Part shown: in pieces, positions 18,619-26,990 of the stretch
Layout: each line of letters opens with the position of its first letter
Numbering within the stretch: position 1 is the first letter of the stretch
DNA from: a virus
Taxonomy: Duplodnaviria; Caudoviricetes
Length of the DNA stretch: 64,000 bases
Virus record (IMG/VR): IMGVR_UViG_2700989102_000001
Location: 32,001 to 96,000 of that record
Strand: one strand, 5' to 3'
The notes under the pieces: generated by a model
Told to the model about the DNA's origin: nothing
The model's input: the letters and a program-made list of their open reading frames with translations, nothing else
The model's database searches: none
Translations under genes and position numbers: made by a program

Positions 18619-18675
18619 ATTGGGTCTTCTAATTGCATCGCAGTGTGATAGGATTAACTCTGAACTGCGATTGGA

Positions 18676-18888
18676 GTGGGCATGGAGATGATGTTCACCA
18701 CGGGGGCTAACTGGACCGACGGAAAGCGCAATGTCGTCATCGAAGAGGAGTACGTCTCCCGCGGAACGCGCGCCTTTGTCATCCGGAATCTGGAGACGGA
18801 TCGCAAAAGTCGAATTGAACTGCCGGGGTTAACCCGCAAGTTCAATTACGTCGGCCATGACCCGAACTACACACCGAAGGGACCCTGA
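18676..18888 (+). CDS. Hypothetical protein
   Basis: GGAG RBS, downstream of promoter-like TTGCAT..TGATAGGAT. Confidence 0.6.
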   Translation: MGMEMMFTTGANWTDGKRNVVIEEEYVSRGTRAFVIRNLETDRKSRIELPGLTRKFNYVGHDPNYTPKGP

Positions 18889-18891
18889 ATC

Positions 18892-19080
18892 ATGAAGATC
18901 ATCGTAGAAATCGACTACGACCCCAACTTGTCCTATTACCCGGACGAGGTCACCACAAAGCTGGAGGCACTCCAGTTCGAGGTAGCCGCCTTGGAGGAGG
19001 GCACCACGGATGTCGGGATGTTTATCAACCACATAAAAAATATCTACGTGGTGGATGACGACGGCGTTCGGGTGGATTGA
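18892..19080 (+). CDS. Hypothetical protein
   Basis: 62 aa ORF in operon. Confidence 0.6.
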   Translation: MKIIVEIDYDPNLSYYPDEVTTKLEALQFEVAALEEGTTDVGMFINHIKNIYVVDDDGVRVD

Positions 19081-19250
19081 TGCTCTCCATTTTTATCCGA
19101 TCGTTGGCCCCGCTACTTATGATCCCCTACGGGCAGTGTGTTGTCAGGCCCATGATTGATGCCGGCTTCGGTCCATGGGTGGTGGGGACGGCGATGGCCG
19201 CGCCCATTGTGGGATTTCTTATTGGGTGCGTTCGGGAGCGCCGAACGTGA
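19080..19250 (+). CDS. Small membrane protein (not in ORF track)
   Basis: TGATG coupling; two hydrophobic stretches. Confidence 0.5.
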   Translation: MLSIFIRSLAPLLMIPYGQCVVRPMIDAGFGPWVVGTAMAAPIVGFLIGCVRERRT

Positions 19251-19275
19251 AGCTCACCACCGAGGAGTTGGAACA

Positions 19276-19677
19276 GTGACCCCCGAGTTACGTGACGTAC
19301 TCACAGAAGCCCTCGTTGCACACGGGGCGCTGTCCCTCGACGCGTCCCCCGAGGGTGACGTAATCGAATGTGTTTGCGGATGGCACTACACCCGTGAGGA
19401 CCACGCTAAGCATCAAGCCAGCGTCATCGCGTCTCTTCCGGGTGTGGCGGTAATCCAACTACCCGACGAAATGACGGATCGCACCAACGTGGCAGAGAAG
19501 ATCCGATGTCAACCGATGTGGGAGCACCAAGGCTCGTGGGCGACGGTCGAAGGTGACGAGGTCGAGTTTGAAGCCGATAACCAAATGGTGTGCGGCATCA
19601 TCCCGGTCAACTCCGTCCCGGGGTTGGTTTCAGTTCTCGCCGCTGCTGCGGTTGTAGCCGAGGGGGAAGACAAGTGA
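19276..19677 (+). CDS. Modular hypothetical protein (paralog of 14869-15312)
   Basis: GAGGAG RBS; ELRDVLTEAL, SLPGVAVIQLP, AAAVVAEGED. Confidence 0.7.
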   Translation: MTPELRDVLTEALVAHGALSLDASPEGDVIECVCGWHYTREDHAKHQASVIASLPGVAVIQLPDEMTDRTNVAEKIRCQPMWEHQGSWATVEGDEVEFEADNQMVCGIIPVNSVPGLVSVLAAAAVVAEGEDK

Positions 19678-20018
19678 GCGATCAGACACGTATCGAAGCG
19701 ACTCTCGGGCAGATGTTTCGGGACCACTTCTTCGACAGCCCCCACGAGGACACCCGGTGCTGTGTTGAAGAGTTCCTGGAAGCGTTGAAAGCGAACCGCA
19801 TAGCACTCATAGAACTCCCCGAACCGTCCTACGAAGACGACACCGGCGGGATTGGATTCAACGGCGGACCCGGTGACCGTGAGATCGCCGCTGAGCGTGG
19901 CGTGTATGTCTTCGGTGGCGGGGTTTTTGACCAGTGGGACGGCGTGAACCCCGACCAGGCCCGGAAGATTGGTAGCTGGTGGATCGCTGCCGCTGCTGCT
20001 GCGGAGGTGACCGAATGA
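19674..20018 (+). CDS. Modular hypothetical protein (paralog of 15533-15871)
   Basis: ANRIALIELPEP; GTGA coupling. Confidence 0.7.
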   Translation: MSDQTRIEATLGQMFRDHFFDSPHEDTRCCVEEFLEALKANRIALIELPEPSYEDDTGGIGFNGGPGDREIAAERGVYVFGGGVFDQWDGVNPDQARKIGSWWIAAAAAAEVTE

Positions 20019-20203
20019 GCTGGCTCAAAGAACCCGTTCCTCCATCCGAGAATTACGCCAGCCCGCTCATCACCCGTGTGGAATTGGTGGACCATCGTTC
20101 GTCGGCCGGTAAACCCGGAAGAGTGTTCTCCGCCTTCGACGTGGAGAATGTTCTCGTCTCCGTCCAGGATGATGGGCGGACGTTGAAAGTGTTTGTGAGT
20201 TGA
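20015..20203 (+). CDS. Hypothetical protein
   Basis: ITRVELVDH...SVQDDGRTLKVFV, a widespread small phage protein pattern. Confidence 0.7.
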   Translation: MSWLKEPVPPSENYASPLITRVELVDHRSSAGKPGRVFSAFDVENVLVSVQDDGRTLKVFVS

Positions 20204-20406
20204 CGAGATACTTCTACGTACCGGGCATGGCCCATCCGTATTGGATTGTCAGCGAGGAGCATGACTGGCCCGAGCCCGGCGATGTCACAACAGTGGCAAC
20301 GAACTCTGCGGCTAGCACCGACATGGGCGATCTGTACGACACAGAGTTTTTTGATCTCTTCCCGAATGCGGTGGAGATTTCCAAGGAGGAATTCAAGGCG
20401 CGATGA
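20200..20406 (+). CDS. Hypothetical protein
   Basis: Coupled ORF. Confidence 0.6.
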   Translation: MTRYFYVPGMAHPYWIVSEEHDWPEPGDVTTVATNSAASTDMGDLYDTEFFDLFPNAVEISKEEFKAR

Positions 20407-20780
20407 TCGACGATCTCGACATCCCATATGGCATCTGCCCGTCCCAGGTGGATGGGTTCACCGCCGACAGGCGACCCTTTTACTTCCGCTGTCGCCACGC
20501 TCGCTGGACTATCGCCATTGGCGAGGTGGGCTGGGGAGCGAACTGCCTGTCTTGGCCGGAGAGCTTCCGCGAACGAATCGAGTTCTCCGGTAAGGGGGAC
20601 TATGTGTCCAAGGTTGAGGTGGACACTCTTCTGACCGAGCACCTGGGCGAGGGGTGGCGCCAGGCCACGTGGGAAGAGTGCCTCTTCACCAGGACGTGCA
20701 GATGCGGAAAAGACTTTGAGGCCAGTGGCAGATCCATCTGCAGGGAATGCATGGTGAAGAAGCTCCGGGGAGACGGATGA
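20403..20780 (+). CDS. Hypothetical protein with C-terminal zinc finger
   Basis: GICPSQ..G...FYFRCRH; CRCG...CREC. Confidence 0.65.
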   Translation: MIDDLDIPYGICPSQVDGFTADRRPFYFRCRHARWTIAIGEVGWGANCLSWPESFRERIEFSGKGDYVSKVEVDTLLTEHLGEGWRQATWEECLFTRTCRCGKDFEASGRSICRECMVKKLRGDG

Positions 20781-20944
20781 CCGTGCGCCGACGCAATCCA
20801 ACGATGGCTGAAAGAAGGCTGACATGACTGCAGCTACCGACCGATACTTGCGCACGTAAATTTTGATACAGCAAAGACGTTAGCACCGGAAAAGATCTTG
20901 ATAATCCACCTTTATCCGCTTGGTAAGTTCCGGTATCTTGGTTA

Positions 20945-21196
20945 GTGATGCTACGAGGGGCTATAGCAGTAGCGATCATGGTGGGGATTGGCGTGGCGGG
21001 GGCCGCGCCTGTAAGCGCGGATGGCTGTTCCCGCCCGGTCGTGCTACTCAACGGTGAAGAGGTGCCGCAGCACCAGCCAACGCTGCGGTGTAACGGTGTC
21101 GGCGGCTCCATGGGGAGCGGCGGCGCCCGACCCAGGGGGCTCCTGGGCAACTTTCCAATCGTCGGGAACCTCCCCGGCCTAGGCGGCATTCTTTAG
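20945..21196 (+). CDS. Small secreted protein
   Basis: Signal peptide ending APVSA-DG, two Cys; preceded by AT-rich intergenic region. Confidence 0.6.
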   Translation: MMLRGAIAVAIMVGIGVAGAAPVSADGCSRPVVLLNGEEVPQHQPTLRCNGVGGSMGSGGARPRGLLGNFPIVGNLPGLGGIL

Positions 21197-21886
21197 GCCG
21201 CGCTGCAGCTTCCTGAAGCCTTTCATCTTTTGCTGCCACGAGTATGCCGCTGCGATGGCGAAGCCGATCAGCCACATTGCAGTGCCCATGAGGATCGCCC
21301 AGTAGGCGCGTTCCCCGCCCCATAGGTTGACGTCGGTCATCATGCACGCCAGGGCGACCATCTGGCCGAGCTGGGCAATGAACCCTGCAGCGCATGGCAC
21401 CAGGAACAGAACGGCCATGCGCCGCTGCCGCACGTCGCCAGCGAGGACGACCAGGGCTAGGATCGCAAACCCTAGAAGATAGGCGGTGGTCGCGGTCATC
21501 GCCACGGAGTAGATCTCGATGTAGATCGGGATGCTCCACTGGCGCCCGCGCAGCTCGGCCGTGAACCCTCCGCCGAGGAATAGGGCGGCGACCATGGCGA
21601 GGACGCCCGCCAGCATTGGATTGGCCACCCACCGCCGGACGATGTGCCAGGTGTCTCCTTCTATGCGGGAGACCGCGGTGGTGGCGATGGCCCCGGCGCC
21701 GGCGACGAGGCAGATGTGCCCCGCCACCTGGAGCAGCCCGAGGCAGAAGGTGAGAACGATGCTGAGCCCGAGGAGGGCGACAGCAATGGTGGATGCCAAC
21801 TCCCAGCGCAGGGACCAGGTCATCCATCGCACCCGGAGGCTCCAGCCGAGGCAGGAGAGGGCGGCGATCGTTAGGGCAGTTGTCAT
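21179..21886 (-). CDS. Polytopic membrane protein downstream of repressor
   Basis: About 7 hydrophobic segments; same strand as repressor. Confidence 0.75.
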   Translation of the reverse strand: MTTALTIAALSCLGWSLRVRWMTWSLRWELASTIAVALLGLSIVLTFCLGLLQVAGHICLVAGAGAIATTAVSRIEGDTWHIVRRWVANPMLAGVLAMVAALFLGGGFTAELRGRQWSIPIYIEIYSVAMTATTAYLLGFAILALVVLAGDVRQRRMAVLFLVPCAAGFIAQLGQMVALACMMTDVNLWGGERAYWAILMGTAMWLIGFAIAAAYSWQQKMKGFRKLQRGLKNAA

Positions 21887-21991
21887 GCTTGGCCTTCAAG
21901 AAAAGCGCGGAAACGGTCGCTGCCAAGTAAACGCTTTATTAAGCAAGATCAACAGGGGGCTAAGAAAATATTAAGGCCCGATGCTGAATCG

Positions 21992-22411
21992 TTATATAGG
22001 CGGGGCATCCTGACGGGCGCGGAACCTAGCCAGCCTCCCCGTCTTCTTCCTCGTCTGGACTTTTAAAGAGCTGGGCTCAGTCCTGTTCAGGACCTCTTCG
22101 AGCAGTTCCTCGGTCTCCACCATCCCTAGGTCGGGCTCGTGGCGCACCACTGTGTCATATTCTTCTGCCCGGCCGTAGCCGGCGGCGGCCATCGCTTCGG
22201 GGAGTGTGGACCCCTCGCCGAACTGGCGCCAGAAGTTGACCACCTTGTCCGCGGAGGGCTTCGTGAACCCTTCCGCCTTGATCCAGTTGCCGACCATCGA
22301 CCCTGATGCGTCGACCAATTTGCCAATCTGCTCGTTGGTCAGATCCCCCCGGTGTGCATCCAACTGACGCAGAACGTACCGGGACCATGTCTGCGCGAAG
22401 TCTCCATCCAT
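21992..22411 (-). CDS. Immunity repressor (XRE-family HTH)
   Basis: TNEQIGKLVDASGSMVGNW..KPS HTH, EAMAAAGY; divergent from Cro-like gene. Confidence 0.75.
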   Translation of the reverse strand: MDGDFAQTWSRYVLRQLDAHRGDLTNEQIGKLVDASGSMVGNWIKAEGFTKPSADKVVNFWRQFGEGSTLPEAMAAAGYGRAEEYDTVVRHEPDLGMVETEELLEEVLNRTEPSSLKVQTRKKTGRLARFRARQDAPPI

Positions 22412-22691
22412 GGTTAAGACGCTACTCCACTGTGGTGAGATGTTGCAACACCCGCAATTTAACTGCAGTGCGGATTTCGTTGGCAAAACCCCTGTTCAGG
22501 TACCGGTTCCATGTCTCACAACAATGTAACTCCACCCCTGGGAGGCGTTGCAGCAACTCAACATTAGGCACATTAGAGGTTTGCCGAAGCCTTGCGTGGG
22601 TAACGACAGCGCACTACAGTGAATCCCATCACGCAGCGCAGTTGAATTGCACTGCTAATCCAGAGCAGTACCGCGAGGGGATGGTGATTCC
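22412..22691. promoter_or_regulatory. Lysis/lysogeny switch region with candidate operators
   Basis: Variants of palindrome CACTGCAGTG at 22428, 22461, 22612 (perfect copy at 16107). Confidence 0.55.
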
Positions 22692-22916
22692 ATGGCTTTC
22701 TTCCGTGTCAACCACGAGGGCTTTCAGCGCATCAAGCAGCAAGGCCTGGCCAAAAGCGATCGGGCGATCGCGAAGATGTTTCAGGTAGATCCGGCGACGA
22801 TGCACCGGGTCCTCAACGGCAAGACCGAACCGACCGGCCGAGTGGTTGCCGGTGCGATGGCGGCGCTCGGCCCAGCATGGGTTGGCATCCTCTTCGACCT
22901 CGTGGACGAACAGTGA
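22692..22916 (+). CDS. Cro-like HTH protein
   Basis: SDRAIAKMFQVDPATMHRVLNGKTEP. Confidence 0.8.
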   Translation: MAFFRVNHEGFQRIKQQGLAKSDRAIAKMFQVDPATMHRVLNGKTEPTGRVVAGAMAALGPAWVGILFDLVDEQ

Positions 22917-23158
22917 ATACCTGCTACCGCGGCCACGAGCGATCCGAGGAAAACACCTACGTCTTCTTCGACAACGGCCAGAAGAAACACATGTGCCGCG
23001 AGTGCCGCCGCAAGGTCGGCCGAGTGTGCGACTACTGCAACAACGTCTTCACCACCACCCTTCAGCGGGACTCCTGGACCTGCCCGACCTGCACCAGCGG
23101 CGGGGTTGTCACCAAAGACTTCACCCCACTGGGGTCCACCTGGGTTACGAGCGGATAG
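22913..23158 (+). CDS. Zinc-binding hypothetical protein
   Basis: C.RGH...ENTY...CREC, CDYC, CPTC; GTGA coupling. Confidence 0.6.
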   Translation: MNTCYRGHERSEENTYVFFDNGQKKHMCRECRRKVGRVCDYCNNVFTTTLQRDSWTCPTCTSGGVVTKDFTPLGSTWVTSG

Positions 23159-23166
23159 GACAGAAC

Positions 23167-23523
23167 ATGAGGAACACAGCTCTTCTCAACGAGGTCATGC
23201 AGTTCATCCTCGATTACCCCGAGGCGCACGATCAGACCATTTTCTCGAACGCCGAGGGCACTATCGGGTGCTTCGCGGGCTGGACCTGCTACCTGGCCGG
23301 CTATGACCGGGTTCTCGACGACTTCGTGAATGTGAACACTCCCGAGGGGCCTGCTGCGACTGGGGACGTGGCGCAGCGGGTGTTGGGGCTCACTCTCGAC
23401 GAGAGCCGCGACCTCTTCCTCTCCAAGAACGGGGTCGCAGACCTCCAATTGATGGTTGCTGACCTTGTAGCGGGCAAGCCACTCGGCTCCGCCACCAGTT
23501 ACTGGCAGAAGACGGGGCACTAG
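23167..23523 (+). CDS. Hypothetical protein
   Basis: PEAHDQ...GTIGCFAGW...LGLT..E..LF family; AGGA RBS. Confidence 0.7.
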   Translation: MRNTALLNEVMQFILDYPEAHDQTIFSNAEGTIGCFAGWTCYLAGYDRVLDDFVNVNTPEGPAATGDVAQRVLGLTLDESRDLFLSKNGVADLQLMVADLVAGKPLGSATSYWQKTGH

Positions 23524-24321
23524 ATGATCCCCGCACTTACGCATTTCGATGCGAGACGGAAGTTCCTCGCCGAATCCGTCCGCTACAACAGCACCGGCCA
23601 GAAGCTCGACATCTGGCTTCCCCTCAATCCCGTGGATGCACCGGTCTTCATGTTCATCCCCGGCGGGGCCTGGACCATCGGGGATCGGCGCGGCCAAGGC
23701 TACGCCATCATGTCCCACCTTATTCAACAAGGCTGGATCTGTGTCGCCATCGACTACCGCACCGCTCCCCAGAACCAATGGCCCGCCCCTTTCGAAGATG
23801 TCAACGACGCCTGGAATTGGGTTGTCTCGAACATTCACGCTTACGGCGGGGGAGACTTCCTCGCGGTCGGGGGAGCTTCCGCCGGCGGCCACATGGCCTC
23901 ACTCTTGGGATTGACCACATGGTCATTCTCTAAACCCGATGCAGTGATTTCTTTGTACGGGGTGTACGACTGGACCTCCAAGAGCCTCGACCACTGGTTG
24001 ATCAACCGGTACGTGGAGAACGTTGTGGTGGGCCGACGCGACCCCGAAACCCTCCGCGTCTCCTCGCCCATCCATCAGGTGCACCACGACGCCCCGCCTT
24101 TCCTGATCATCCAGGGGGATAGGGATCTGGTTACTCCGCAGGGCGGGGCGAAGAAGTTCCACCAGAAGCTCGTGAAGACCTCCCAGAATCCGGCGGTGTA
24201 TCACAACATCCCCGGCGGGGTGCACGGGTTCGACCTGATCCAGCCTCGGCAGACCAAGTCCGCAGTGGGGGCTATCGACCACTTCCTCTCTTCCCGCATC
24301 GCCCTCCAGGAGGCGTCGTGA
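23524..24321 (+). CDS. Alpha/beta hydrolase (HSL-type esterase/lipase)
   Basis: PGGAW oxyanion, IDYR.AP, GASAGG, QGDRD, HGFD. Confidence 0.92.
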   Translation: MIPALTHFDARRKFLAESVRYNSTGQKLDIWLPLNPVDAPVFMFIPGGAWTIGDRRGQGYAIMSHLIQQGWICVAIDYRTAPQNQWPAPFEDVNDAWNWVVSNIHAYGGGDFLAVGGASAGGHMASLLGLTTWSFSKPDAVISLYGVYDWTSKSLDHWLINRYVENVVVGRRDPETLRVSSPIHQVHHDAPPFLIIQGDRDLVTPQGGAKKFHQKLVKTSQNPAVYHNIPGGVHGFDLIQPRQTKSAVGAIDHFLSSRIALQEAS

Positions 24322-24436
24322 CCACTCCTGCGATCATCTTCCTCGCCTCCGTAGGAATCGCCCCCATCGTGGCGCTCCTCATCGGCACCGTCCAGGCTAG
24401 GGCCGAGCGGTGGGCGCACGATAAGGACTTTTGGCT

Positions 24437-24682
24437 ATGAGGACCTGCACGCGCGAAGACTGCGAGCGGAAACACCACGCCAGGGGATACTGCAAGTTCC
24501 ACTACAAGCGCTGGCACGACGGTGTCGACCTAGACCGCCCCTACGGCCCCGGTCGGCTGAGGTTCTTCGACTGGGCGATGTGCGGAACGCCAGCCCAATA
24601 CAAGAAGCATCTTCGGCACAACATCCCGATGTGCGAGCCGTGCCGGAAAGCGGAGAGTCGACGCCAGCAGGATCGGCCATGA
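24437..24682 (+). CDS. Zinc-binding hypothetical protein
   Basis: CTREDC..H.ARGYC..HY; CGT...CEPC. Confidence 0.65.
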   Translation: MRTCTREDCERKHHARGYCKFHYKRWHDGVDLDRPYGPGRLRFFDWAMCGTPAQYKKHLRHNIPMCEPCRKAESRRQQDRP

Positions 24683-24987
24683 AAGATTCCTCGGAACATT
24701 TACAGGGATCTGATCATGGCGCTGATAAAATTGGACTACCCGAAGGACTGCAAGACTGGGGGCCAGCGTGCGGAATGCGAGAAGAACTTCTCACGCTCCC
24801 AGTGTGCAGAAAACCCGCTACGCACAGTCTCAACGACTGCGACAACGTCGTTTTGACTTGCCTCGAATGTCATCAAGCTTATATGGATTATCTTCGCCAC
24901 GAGGTGTCCACCTTCCCCAAGGCGAAGTGCAAGACCTGCGAACAGGATGTTGATCTCCTGCTCCACCTTCAGCTGAAGAAGCTGTAA
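24679..24987 (+). CDS. Cys-rich hypothetical protein
   Basis: ATGA coupling; CLECH, CKTC. Confidence 0.55.
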   Translation: MKDSSEHLQGSDHGADKIGLPEGLQDWGPACGMREELLTLPVCRKPATHSLNDCDNVVLTCLECHQAYMDYLRHEVSTFPKAKCKTCEQDVDLLLHLQLKKL

Positions 24988-24989
24988 CA

Positions 24990-25223
24990 ACAGACTTACA
25001 TCGCTTTTCACGGCGGGATGCCAGCGTTCTCCAAAGTCGATGGGGATGACGATTCCACCAGCCCTCGGGTGCCGTGTTGAGTACATAAAAATGTGACGGG
25101 TTAAGCCATAGGGGCAGAAATGCCGCCCGCGGGGACACATAAACCCCGCCGTTAGCCTTCGGGCGCGTAGACCCACTTCGGTGGAGGATCAAGCTTACCC
25201 AGTTTTTTGCAGAGAAATCTGCA
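24990..25223 (+). ncRNA. Putative structured non-coding RNA
   Basis: No coupled + strand ORF; stems CACGGC/GCCGTG, GGGTTAAGC/GCTTACCC enclosing GAAA and two UUCG tetraloop hairpins. Confidence 0.6.
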
Positions 25224-25290
25224 GCGCACGGCCGGAACGGTCCGGCATGAATTCCGATTCATCAAGGTTCAACTCCTTGCGTGCGCACCA
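25224..25290 (+). ncRNA. 67 nt tRNA-like RNA lacking canonical D and anticodon loops
   Basis: 7 bp acceptor GCGCACG/CGTGCGC + ACCA; T-arm CAAGG-TTCAACT-CCTTG; two 6 bp tetraloop hairpins between. Confidence 0.7.
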
Positions 25291-25291
25291 G

Positions 25292-25326
25292 GCCACGGGA
25301 GGTGTCTGCTCCCTCCCGTGGCTTTT
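25292..25326 (+). terminator. Intrinsic terminator after tRNA-like element
   Basis: GCCACGGGAGG...CCTCCCGTGGC-TTTT. Confidence 0.8.
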
Positions 25327-25354
25327 CCATGCCCATTTACCAGGAGGTAGGTCC

Positions 25355-25654
25355 ATGCGCGGATTCGACAAATACCAGCAGGCTCTGCTTGCCGGGTTGT
25401 GGGCACTGTGCGACGCCCAGCCGCCCGAGAAGCAGGAGCTGCGCCGGCTGCTCAACCCCCGCACCACGGTGACCAGCGAAGCGCACGTTGTCATGGCCAC
25501 GAGGGCGGCCGAGGACTTCCACCACAACATCCGCAAGGGTTTGACGGAGTTGTCCCGGGCCACCCAGAAATACCCTCGCTACGCCTTCGACAAGGACCGA
25601 AGGGGAACGGGTGTCCCGAATCATCGAAAGGTCAGGGTCAATGACGGTCGATAA
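25355..25654 (+). CDS. Hypothetical protein
   Basis: AGGAGGT RBS. Confidence 0.65.
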   Translation: MRGFDKYQQALLAGLWALCDAQPPEKQELRRLLNPRTTVTSEAHVVMATRAAEDFHHNIRKGLTELSRATQKYPRYAFDKDRRGTGVPNHRKVRVNDGR

Positions 25655-25771
25655 CGCGGCTAAGGTTCTCTACCTGGCCTACCACAAGGATCGCTACGCC
25701 CCGCATTGGGAGTCCGCGTTGGATAAGACGCGGTGGCGGCGGGCGGCGGCGGCCCTGCTCCAGGAGATCAA

Positions 25772-25933
25772 ATGAACCGCTGGAAAGTCCGCAAAGAAGA
25801 CGGCATCTGGAAGATCTACGAGCACGATTCCTGGTGGGACTCCGAATACGAGTTTGATCAGGCGATCTTGTGGGCCCACCGCTTTGCCGTGTCCGCATTC
25901 GTTATGGACGGTGGTTTAGGTGACTGCCGCTGA
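25772..25933 (+). CDS. Hypothetical protein
   Basis: AGGAG RBS; MNRWKVRKEDGIWKIY. Confidence 0.6.
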   Translation: MNRWKVRKEDGIWKIYEHDSWWDSEYEFDQAILWAHRFAVSAFVMDGGLGDCR

Positions 25934-26144
25934 AACCATGGAACGTCGAGTAGAGCTCTACGAGCATCTCACCGACATAGACCAGGCCTTGTCCCTCCTG
26001 CTCGGCGAGCCCCTCGGGCCCGACACCGAGGATGTCGCTTTCGAACTCCTTGAAGAGCGCGAGCTGGTCTGCAATCTGATGCGCAGTGTCGGGTACCACC
26101 CGTGGGATTCCCCGCTTCACGAAGACGAAACGAAGGTTTTATGA
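25920..26144 (+). CDS. Hypothetical protein
   Basis: ORF in operon. Confidence 0.55.
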   Translation: MTAAETMERRVELYEHLTDIDQALSLLLGEPLGPDTEDVAFELLEERELVCNLMRSVGYHPWDSPLHEDETKVL

Positions 26145-26314
26145 ACGACGCAGAGGAAAAGGAAGCGCTAGTTCGCAACGCCCTGCAATACCTGGCCGCG
26201 GCGCGCTCCACCGTGGTGGATCACCTCACGGGATCGAATGACCTTTATGCCAAGGTCGAGATTCTTCAGGATCTCGACTCGGTTGACCACTACCTGAAGA
26301 AGGCCATGCAATGA
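26141..26314 (+). CDS. Hypothetical protein
   Basis: ATGA coupling. Confidence 0.55.
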   Translation: MNDAEEKEALVRNALQYLAAARSTVVDHLTGSNDLYAKVEILQDLDSVDHYLKKAMQ

Positions 26315-26454
26315 AGCAAACCCTGAAAGCATTCATCATCGCGGGTGCGGTGGCCGCCGGCTTCACCGGACTGGGCCTCGTCACCGCCCAGCCTGCCGAG
26401 GCGGTTCCCGGCCAGTGTGGCGGTGCCATTGTCTTCGGTAGCGGCGGGTGCTAG
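26311..26454 (+). pseudogene. Signal-peptide protein apparently truncated at the HNH insertion
   Basis: MKQTLKAFIIAGAVAAGFTGLGLVTAQPAEA-VPGQCGGAIVFGSGGC*; stop overlaps HNH start. Confidence 0.5.
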
Positions 26455-26990
26455 CCGAGTGCTGGATGCCGATTCCGGGCCTTCCGGGGTATGAGGCCAG
26501 CTCGCTCGGCCGTGTCAGGTCCCTGCCCAGGCGGATTACGCAGGTCAGGTATGGCAAGTCACATGTCATTACAGCGAAGGGGCGGGTGCTGAAGCCCCGG
26601 ATGATCAATGGATATCTTGTGGTTCAGCCCCGCAGGCCCGACCATTCCACTTGGTCGGTGGGGGTCCACCGTCTGGTGCTCATGGCCTTTAGCGGGGTCC
26701 ATCACCCGACGCTGGACTGTCGCCACCTAAATGGCGACCGGATGGATAACCGCCCAGAGAATCTTGAATGGGGCACCCGGCTAGACAATCTAGAGGATCA
26801 GAAGCTGCATGGCACCCACCCCTCTCAGCGTCTGGTGACTCATTGTCCCGCGGGCCATGAATACACTCCCGAAAACACCGCACGGCGCAAATCGGATGGG
26901 TCACGGCGCTGTAGGCAATGCGATCGAGAGTATGCGCGCGAATACCAACGAAGGAAGCGCCGAACCAGGGGCGGATTGAGGCAAGAATGA
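26448..26990 (+). CDS. NUMOD4-HNH homing endonuclease
   Basis: W.PIPG.PGYEASSLGRVRS; VHRLVL; HLNGDRMDNRPENLEW; C.AGH..CRQC. Confidence 0.92.
   Translation: MLAECWMPIPGLPGYEASSLGRVRSLPRRITQVRYGKSHVITAKGRVLKPRMINGYLVVQPRRPDHSTWSVGVHRLVLMAFSGVHHPTLDCRHLNGDRMDNRPENLEWGTRLDNLEDQKLHGTHPSQRLVTHCPAGHEYTPENTARRKSDGSRRCRQCDREYAREYQRRKRRTRGGLRQE

Noticed and set aside
14869-19677. Diversity-generating retroelement or shufflon explaining the repeats
   Set aside because: No reverse transcriptase or dedicated invertase in the window; repeats are short exact boxes, not adenine-mutated TR/VR pairs
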